From Octopus sinensis (taxonomy: Eukaryota): 64,000 nt of DNA. The translations under genes and the position numbers were made by a program. The stretch covers positions 35,402,001 through 35,466,000 of the forward strand of contig NC_042997.1 of assembly GCF_006345805.1 (NCBI RefSeq), read 5' to 3'. Every line of letters begins with the position of its first letter. The first letter of the stretch is position 1. Below the pieces are notes generated by a model. That model searched no databases and had not been told where the DNA came from. It was given only the letters and a program-made list of their open reading frames with translations. Positions 54,186 through 64,000 of this stretch are shown one piece after another.

Positions 54186-54577
54186 TTATATATAAAAGTA
54201 AGGTTGTGTGATGTCTGTCTCCTACGATTTAGATTCCTAACTACTCCCACATTTTGCGGTGCAGTTTAACCAAAACCGGGTATCTTATAGTCGTGATTCA
54301 TATCGAGCCTTTCTGGGTATTAGCGCGCGTCTACGATGAGTCTACGATTTAAAAAAAAATTACCATCAATTTTTCCGATTTTTAATGTATTTTTGGCATA
54401 TATAAAGGACGTAACTCTCTAAAAATTTATTATTAAATCTAAGAACGTAAAAAGCTACAGTAACACCCCCCCTTTGTGGTTAGCCATATTGAGATGGCTA
54501 TTAAACTTTACATCTCTAAAAATGCTTATATAGTTATTTCCCTTACCACCCCGAGCAACGCCGGGCGATACTGCTAG
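54183..54577 (+). mobile_element. Non-autonomous Helitron (second copy)
   Basis: A|TC start, CCCGAGCAACGCCGGG hairpin, CTAG|T end; first ~170 bp nearly identical to the copy at 45355. Confidence 0.85.
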
Positions 54578-55163
54578 TATACTTATAATATGATATAGGA
54601 ATTCTCCTTTAGTTTGCTATTGCAGACATGTGGAAGTATAGTTTTCTTGGAAGTTAGCAGAGCAAAGGAAAATAGAAAGTCTCCCTCGTTGGTTCTCTTC
54701 ATTAGTTATATATTTTTGACACGCACCAATTCAAAGCTTTAACAGGTTTAATTAAAGGGACAAAGGCATTTCAGGTGTGATCATCTTCCAGGTTTACTTG
54801 CATATTTGCACCTACGTGAAAATATATGCAGTGCAAATATATGCTTGTGAATATAATACATACATTCATACGTGTTTGTATGCGTGTGTGTGTGTGTCTG
54901 TGCGCATGTGTATATGCCTATGTACCATGACACTATTATACTCTAATTAAGCATGCAGGTCATTTTAAAGTGGATTTTAAGCAGATCCAGGACACTAAGC
55001 CTATACGTTGTTTACTGTACTTTGCTATAGAAAGACTGTCAACTCAGATTTGAATTTTTTATGTCTTCAAAAATGTTGGTTTCTATAGTTATTTCAAGTC
55101 TCAGAATCGAAGTTTATAAACTTAAAATATATTACACAACTTCAAATGTAACGCCAATAGTGT

Positions 55164-55204
<41 letters not shown>

Positions 55205-55343
55205 ATAATAATAATAATAATAATAATATAATAATAATAATAATAATAATAATTATTATTATTATTGTTATTATTATTATTATATTATTATTATTATTAT
55301 TATTATTATTAGTAGTAGTAGTAGTAGTAGTATTTTTATTATT

Positions 55344-55660
55344 ATGAAAGAAAGAGAAAATGTTTATAAATATAGCGACCTCAGAACTGAGATCGCTAAG
55401 ATGTGGCAGCTACGAGGGTCGAACGTAAAGGTTATCCCTATTGTCATCGGAGCATTCGGTTCAGTCCCACCAAATCTGAAAAAAAAACGTTTGAATAACT
55501 TAGAGATACCCTACAATCTATATGTATTGCGAACGTCGACATTACTTGGAATTACACGCATATTGCGTAAAGTACTGCCTGTCTGAGTTCCCTGTGATGA
55601 CTTGACAAACAGGACAAACTTCCAGTAAACACACCATCTTCAATGAACAACCTCATGATA
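55344..55660 (+). mobile_element. R4/Dong-like LINE 3' fragment
   Basis: KYSDLRTEIAKMW..VIPIVIGAFG..LLGITRILRKVL; preceded by (TAA)/(ATT)n. Confidence 0.75.
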
Positions 55661-55679
55661 TCGTATATTGTCCAGGTCG

Positions 55680-57810
55680 CCTTAATATTACTACTCCTAC
55701 CCTTGGGTGGAGTCCTTCATTTATATTGAATTCCTTCCTAGATCTTGTCTAGCTTTGCTAATACAGTTTTTGTCCAATCAACAAATGTTGCTGAGTATGT
55801 AAATAATGATACTGCCTAACTATTTACAGCCTTCACTAGATTCACACAATTTAGCTTTAACTTCATTAGCTTCCTCACTTTTCTGATGTACACCTCTATT
55901 TTCGTTTTCATTCTGTAGTTAATACTCTGTCATATTCTAATACTACTAAATATTTATAACTCTCTCCAACTTTCAATGATTTAAATGTTTGGTCATCTGG
56001 TAACTGGATGCCTTTGCTGTTGACTAACTGCCCTCTTCTAATGACTAATATTGCACACTTATTTATGCTAAATTCCATGCCAATATCTTTGCTGGAGAGT
56101 CCTCCAGTCTGTATTAAGGAATCTGTCTCTTTTTCATTTTTACAAGTGCTTCAAATCATCCATGTAGAGCAAATGCTTGTTTTTACCATTAGAAACTCTG
56201 AACTGCTACCCTGCCTTTGATTCCCTTAATACTAAACTGATGAGGATCAAATACAAGACAAATATTAAAGGGGACGGCGAGTCCCTCTGGAAAATTCCTC
56301 TTTTGATATTATCTTTCCCTAAGAGAGTGTCACGTGAGTATAGATCTACTTCCCCTTTCTTCATGCTGAACCTAATTAATTCTCTTATGTTTTCTGCTAT
56401 ACTGAATAAACACAAACATTCACTTATCGATGAGTGTGGGAGCATGTCATATAATCTATACATGTTATTGTTAGATTCCTCTTTCTAGCTTTTACGTCAT
56501 TTAGAACTGCTTTGACTATTTATAATGGATCATGTATTCCTCTAGCCTTCTTCTTGCAACCTTTCTGGAAGTAAATTCAGGTTGTCAAGGTGTTCATAAA
56601 TGCTTTCTGAACGCATTCCTGCTAACAGCTTCCACACTAATGCTAAGTAAGTGGTTGGTCTATACCTGCTCAGACACGTTAGCGCGCCGGGCGGAATGCT
56701 TAACGGTATTTCGTATGTCGTTACGTTCTGAGTTCAAATTCCGCCGAGGTCGACTTTACCTTTCATCCTTTCGGGGTCGATAAATAAAAGTACCAGTTTC
56801 GCACTGTGGTCGATGTAATTGACTCAATCCGTTTGTCTGTCCTTGTTTGCCCTCTCTATGTTTAGTCCCTTGTGGGCAATAAAGAAATATATATTACTTT
56901 TGCTCTTATCCATCGTAATGCGTATTGTTCTCCCTCTAATCTTCCAATCTCGTATTATTCCTCCATTAGGACAATCCTAATGTTGTTCCGTCAAGTCCCA
57001 TGTACACTACTGAATTTCTTTACCCAGTACCCTTGAACTGAATCTGGTATTGGGCCCTCCAGTTCGGAATTTTTCCTAATACCTTACTCATTAATACACC
57101 AGTTAATCTAAGATCTGGCTGCTTTTCATTCACTACTTCTTACCTCACTTCCTTTAACCATACTACATCTTCATTATGTTTGACTGGTTTGTCCCAAATA
57201 TTACTCCAGAACTTTCTAGGTTCCTCTGCTTTAGGTTACTCAAATTGAGTACTTCATTCTCCACTATTTATTTGGTTAAAACATCCCTTCTGATCTATTC
57301 TTTTCTGGAGAGCTTGCCTGGTTCTGTTATGATACGCTGTTTAAACCTTCTCTTATTGGCCCAAATCCTTTCCTTTTTATTATCGTTCCCCGAGGCAAGA
57401 TTTGCATCTTGAGTTTCCTAACTTGCTTGTTTTCCAGACTTCTATTCAACTCAGCTCTTCACTTTCTTTAGTAGTCTCCTTTTCCACATTTTCTCTTTTG
57501 TAACCTCTCCCTGTGAGATATCTAATCTTCTGGTAACTACTGCCCCTCCTGCATACATCAATAAGTTAGTCTTCTATATCTTTAGCATCTATCCTACTGA
57601 TAACAGAATCTACTTTGCTATTCATTTCTTGTATCTTCCTTGTGTTGGTACATTTTAATGCTGACAGTATATTTCTTACTTCTTTACTCATTACTTCCTG
57701 CAACTCATATAAAATCTTCTGATCTTCCTCACTTAAATCACTTAAGACGTTGGTGCCAGATGTCCTTCCTTACTGGTAGTTCCATTATATTTTTTTCCCT
57801 TAGGTTCATC
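55680..57810 (-). mobile_element. Degenerate R4/Dong-like LINE RT region, interrupted by a SINE
   Basis: YDMLPHS..RGIFQRDSPSPL (ORF 56206-56463), LLYMDDLK near 56150-56175, KIPNW near 57070; many stops. Confidence 0.8.
56652..56890 (+). mobile_element. SINE family B inserted in the LINE
   Basis: GTTAGCGCGCCGGGCGGAATGC..GAGTTCAAATTCCGCCGAGGTCGACTTT..GGGGTCGATAAA. Confidence 0.8.
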
Positions 57811-57824
57811 TTTCGTCTATTACA

Positions 57825-57880
57825 ATTATTATTATTATTGTTATTATTATTATTAAAATCATTATCATTATTATTATTAA

Positions 57881-57955
<75 letters not shown>

Positions 57956-57958
57956 TAA

Positions 57959-58045
<87 letters not shown>

Positions 58046-58181
58046 AATTATCATTATTAATATTAATATCATTATCATCATCATCATCATCATTATTATT
58101 ATCATTATTTATATCATTATCATCATTATTATCATCATTCTTCTTCTTCTTCTTCTTCTTCTTATTATTATTATTATTATT
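57825..58181. repeat. Complex (ATT)n/(ATC)n/(TTC)n microsatellite with a higher-order AATATCATTATC-(ATT)n unit
   Basis: Direct inspection. Confidence 0.9.
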
Positions 58182-60612
58182 ATCTGGCTGTATAACAAAC
58201 CTAGAGTATGTGTGACGTTGAAACGACAGAAACCGGTGCTTTCCGACTGGGAACATTCCCTTATACTGTAATTTATACACCCATATATTTATACATATTA
58301 TATTTGTTAACTGTTCGTGCTTGTGTCTGTGTGCATGTGTGTGTGTTTGTGTGTGTGTATGTGTGTGTGTATGTCTGTGTATGTGTGTGTGTGTATGTGT
58401 GTACATTTTCAAAATTTTCTTGATTAGAATTACTACAATTGATATAACACTTATATTGTGATTTTTACCAGGACATAGCAGACAAAATTCCGAGTACGTG
58501 ACTATTGTTAATGCTAATATTTTGCCTCAAAGAATGTAAAACTCTCAATATCCTGATTCTCTAATAAGAATTTCTGTTAAAGACTATTTCAGTAACAAAT
58601 GTGTTATAAAAAAAAGCGTATTCTAACATCTCACTCTCTTTAAAACATGACATGTGAGTCTTTAACATATGTGAACCTCGTCCCACAAAAATATAAAAAA
58701 GAAAGAAGCAGAAAGTGGAGAGTTTAGAATCACATGTCAATATTAACACATGCCCTGACCTTGTCTTACATAAATAATCCCTGCCTTTCTTCCTAAATGT
58801 GTATCTCAAACACCCAGCAGTCCAGAAAGCAATTGAATTTACTTTATTCAAATACGAGTAGGAAATAGTATGCATTTCAATTCCGAGTAAAGAGTGGTTG
58901 CTCTTCATAATCAAATAAATTCAATTCAATAATGTATCAGCTGAAATTGAAAGGGCAACTTTAATGAACGGGATAGTGGGTGATGTATAACGTCTTACGC
59001 ATAAATTGATAGCAATCGCTTCAGTAGGCAATCAAGTTTGCCAGTTTGCATCTCTGTGCAGGAGAACACATTCATACGCATACCATACATACACATACAC
59101 GCGCGCAAACACATATACACTATTCTATACGCACACATGCATATGAACACACACATACACATGCGGGTGAGCTGACTTTATTTCGTTATTTCAGGGTTAA
59201 CTAAACGCTTCCTCTCATCTAGAGGTGCGTGTCTGGATGGCTGCCATATCACTGAATCTTCACGAGTTTTGCAGAAATTTCGCAACATTACTATTTCCTC
59301 TATGTATAGATAAGGATTTTAATAGCAATATAAGTAAATACTGATGTATCAGTAGGCCAGCTTGTATGACCAACATCATTAACATTGAAATGGTTAAGTA
59401 GATCAAAGCATAGATTAGTGTTAGACAGTAAGGAAGTTTATGACTACGTTTTATGAGCTTATTTTATTAAATTATAGTATCGACACATGTGACGAATTTT
59501 TATCTAATCGTTTTATCGGAATAGTTATCAAACAGTTTTATCAGAATATTCATAAAACTATTTTAAATAAATTACGCTCACATTTTCTTTAAATTATTCC
59601 AGCGAATATTACGACGTCGCATTAACAACCTAATTTATGAAATTAATTTAGACAATTAAATTAATTCTTTCATGAATGTTGATGATCAATCTCCCCAACA
59701 CGGTAAAGCTGTCGAATTTTAGTGGTGTCAGTTTGAAATAGGATACATCACTAAATCACCAAAGCTATAACCACGCTCAGGAGAAGCGGTTAGCACCGTT
59801 TCTATGTAAGATCGAACTGGAGTCTCCGCTTATAATAACGTAAATATCTTTATAGAAATATCTTTAGGAAAAATTCATGTATTTCAGATTTATTAATACT
59901 CTGACTGTGAACTTGAAGCCGACACCTCTCATAATTAAATTTACGTTCACTCACTCACTAATCTTTAGAATATTATAAACTTTACAGACCAAACAATATT
60001 ATACAGAGATGCATGACCAGGGTGAAGAGTATGACCAGGGTGAGGAATGTACGATAGTGTATTAATTTCTCTATGTAAATGTACTAGACAACCGTTAATT
60101 CCACGACGAGGTTTTGGAATTTCCCATCATATATTTCACATCATATAAAAAAGTAAGATAATTATATGTGTGACTACATGCATATATAAATCAGTCCATC
60201 CATCAATACATCCGTACACACACACACACACACACATTGACACACACCACACAAACACACACAGACAGACACAAACTCACACATACACACATACATATGT
60301 ATATACACCCACAACCACGCTAATAGATTACAAGTGAAATTTACTATTTCTTGGTTTTCTGTGAATCGATTTTGATAAAGCTTTTCCCATCTGGTTTTGC
60401 ACACTATGTCAACACTATTGTTGTGTTTTCATTATTCTGTGTAACGGCCTTTCTTTTCTATTTCAGATCCTTCAGGTTTAGGGTGAAACATTGTAATAGC
60501 TTTTGAATGAAAATAGCCCATCTGGATATTTTTTTAATGAAAGTAAATGGCAATGATACATATAAATTATACTTTAAATATATATTTAACAGAAAACCAT
60601 AATATGTATGTA

Positions 60613-60649
<37 letters not shown>

Positions 60650-60653
<4 letters not shown>

Positions 60654-60915
60654 CATCTCTTGTGAAAGGTAGGAGAGTCCAGTTTGCTGGACATTGTTGT
60701 AGAGCTGAAAAAGAAGTAATTTCTACTCTTCTCCTCTGGAAGCCATCTACTCGCAATGCCAGAGGGCGCACACTCTCTTACACTGATGTAATCTCTAGGG
60801 ATACAGGCATCCAGCAACAGGACCTCCGTAATGCCATGATGGACCGTGAAGTCTGGCGTAGCATGGTAAATTCCATTGTCTCGACCACGGTCGAATAATG
60901 ATGATGATGATGATG

Positions 60916-60917
<2 letters not shown>
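60650..60917 (+). mobile_element. Short 5'-truncated RTE-clade LINE 3' end
   Basis: RRVQFAGHCCR..GR.LSY.DVI.RDTG..AMMDREVWR; (TGA)n tail. Confidence 0.8.
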
Positions 60918-60961
<44 letters not shown>

Positions 60962-61339
60962 GAAGGTTTGGAAATGATGTACAGGTATTATATATTAGAA
61001 AAAATGAGGTAATCAGATCAGATGGTTCATATTTGTAGATATTTATTTATATATTACATTTTTTACATATATATCATATCATATCATTCGGATTAGCGCT
61101 TGCTCCCATTCTAGTGGGCTTTTCAAATCTATATATATATATATGTAACAGAGAAACAATATTTATATATCATCTGAGGAAACGCAAGCAGATCCTATAA
61201 CGATGGGAAACGGTTACATAAATAAATACTTGCAAAACTGAAGAACTATGAAGCCTGGAAACAATTGTAGTGATTAGAAATATATGATCCTGTGTACTCG
61301 TTTTTGCCTACAACTTATTGAGTTACATTCATGCATACA

Positions 61340-61630
61340 TGGCTCAGATTTTTGGGTGTTGCACTCATGACTGCGAGATCGTTGGTTCGATTTCCAGACT
61401 GGGAGCTGCGTTGAGTTCTTAAGCAATGCACTTTATTTAATATTGCTCTGCTAACATTTCGTCACATGACATTTGGTATACGGTACAACTCTATAAGTAA
61501 TGCCGAGTTGATGGTGGGAATGAGCTTACGTGTACACAAATTTTGATCTGAGTGATTTTTCGGCAGGAAATGGCCGAATCCTCATACGTCGTCTTACGAC
61601 AGGAATGTCCGTGGTTCACTCGGACACACA
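61340..61630 (+). mobile_element. Old tRNA-derived SINE, degenerate
   Basis: TGGCTCAG.. and GGTTCGATTTCC box-like head, followed by a SINE-like body. Confidence 0.4.
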
Positions 61631-62006
61631 CACACACACCCACAAACACACACACACGCACACACACGCGCGCACACACAATCACGCACATATTCACACA
61701 TTTAGTAGAATAATAAATAGAAAGTTATTGGTGCAGTATTATATATATTTGAAAGAATGGTTAGAGATGGCATTTCTGAGGGCAAATTTTTTATTTTGTA
61801 AACATTATTAAAATTTTAAAAAATTATTCCCTCAAAAAAACCATCTCTACTCATTCTCTTGAATACACCGCCGCATATACACACATACACAAACACACAC
61901 GTGCATATATATATATATATGTAATATATATGTAATATATACTTATTTATCTATCTATATACATACATGCATACATACACACATATAAACATACATATAT
62001 ACATAT

Positions 62007-62043
<37 letters not shown>

Positions 62044-62182
62044 ATGTATGTATGTATGTATGTATGTATGTATGTATGTATACATATGCATATGTATATA
62101 TATATTTTTTATTTTGGGAAAGTGGAAATTTTACCGGTGAATGTGTTAAATTATAAGAGAAAGACTCTCCCCAGACACAACA

Positions 62183-62271
<89 letters not shown>

Positions 62272-63447
62272 CAGAGAGAATGGGACAGAGGGACAGCTTC
62301 AGTTAGATGGTTAGACAGATAGTTAAATAGATCATGTATGTTCTTGTTGCACGAGGCATATATGTGCTCTTGGATGTTGAAATGTATTGCTAACCGTTTC
62401 CCTGAAAAAGAGCACATCTGCCTAAATATATATTATAACCATTGTCACTTGAAATGCGTGAATCACGCCTTACAGCAGCAGCTCCATTTCGTTGCAGCTC
62501 AGTTTCACTTGACAGTCAAGGAGTTTATATTAAGAGAGTGCATACTGGATAACATATATCTGTGTATGTGTAAATTTAGGATGAACTGTGCAAATATTCC
62601 CGAAACATAATTGTAATCTCAGAGCAAAAAAATATTCTGAAGATGTCAACCAAAGTTCAGAAGCTGATATTGATGTATTCTTTTGCATGTGATTTAGTTT
62701 CTCTAGTCACACCAACGCCGCCAAATCCTTTTTTTCATCTGTTGTTAGGTAAATTATGCAAGTTTCTGGACACTGATAAACGATGTGATGCTATCAACAA
62801 CAGAAGTAATGTTATCTACAGTCTGATGAACGACGTTTGTGAATGAAGGAAAATACCGAGCATTGCTTTGAATGGATAGTATATTATGTTAATATACAAT
62901 ATACTTAAAAGATGATATGAGTGGCACTTAGGTTTACTAGAAATACTGAATATGGATTTCATGTATTATGACATAGATGTCAAAATATCGTAGCACATGA
63001 TGACTTGTCATTCAGTAAGTCTTATGAACAGATAAACCTGTGACTTGTTTACAGTTAGTTTTCTCAGCATTATTTTGTAAGGAATGAAGAATTTTGCATA
63101 TGATTTCGCATATAAATCCGGTGCATTATAATGGTAGCATGTGCATAAGCTCACAGCTGTAATATAGCTTTATTTTTGATAAGAACATTTATTGTCAGTT
63201 GAAATAAAAGAGACCCACGTTTCTTCCGCTGATGAAACATATATCAGGTGATTGTTCACACTTTTATACGAACAGGTTACAGTTTATTGACACTATATTT
63301 TCACTGCCACTCTCAGCATTATATGTGATTTCCTATGCGTACGTACTAAAAACATATATTAATATTACTGTGTGTACATATATTATGTACATATATACAT
63401 AAATATGTTTTGAGTACACATACACATATACTATGTATGTATCTCTC

Positions 63448-63519
<72 letters not shown>

Positions 63520-64000
63520 AATACACCGTCACTTAAAAGTGACCAAAAGTGCAGCGAGCACCAGGATTGCGAGAAATAACAGTCGGAGATTTTTTAACCA
63601 CAGAAAGCACATGTTCTACTCGGCTAACATGGGAGATATCATCCCTACCGCAAGCGAGGTACATTAAGTTAGCATGCTTATTTGTATAGACATTAATGCT
63701 CATCAGTAATGCTTACTCAATAGCGGGTGGTGAAGCTGAACTCAAGGCTGTCAATACTTATAGATTTTACCAAAGGAATCAGCGGCTGATTCCGCAAAAT
63801 GGCTAGATGCAATTTAAAACAAAAAAGAAACAATTCATTGTCACTACAAAGCGAATAAGTTTAGAGGGATTACCGGCGTTGCTAGAAATAAGTGTCAGAA
63901 ACGTCTAAGCCACAGTCAGCACGTGTATTTAACTGTCTGTTTGCCGACCGGCGACGTCGTATGAGGTCGTACTGCCATGTGGTGGTCTTTTGTACGCTGA

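Overview
AT-rich, microsatellite-saturated eukaryotic DNA. The SINE families look like those of octopod cephalopods; this is recognition from memory, not a database result. No host protein-coding gene can be supported, and almost every ORF in the track is a microsatellite artefact or a transposon fragment. The window holds tRNA-derived SINEs (3 families), R4/Dong-like LINE fragments beside (TAA)n tracts, CR1 and RTE fragments, mariner and maT (DD37D) relics, two non-autonomous Helitrons and Penelope-like (PLE) pieces. The main result is a set of hammerhead ribozyme (HHR) motifs found by reading both strands. (1) At 3035-3961 a 353-bp tandem unit carries a complete type I HHR on the minus strand, the architecture of a non-LTR retrozyme that would release a 353-nt (circularisable) RNA. 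It is followed by a fold-back copy whose catalytic core is mutated. (2) At 48160-48550 a ~390-bp palindrome has an intact HHR in each arm. (3) At 18152-18202 and 21895-21944 a third HHR family lies in inverted arms 3 kb apart. All three show the same divergent layout (left copy minus, right copy plus). Three further minimal, degenerate PLE-type HHR motifs occur elsewhere. Ribozyme folds were derived by hand; cleavage activity and expression are untested.
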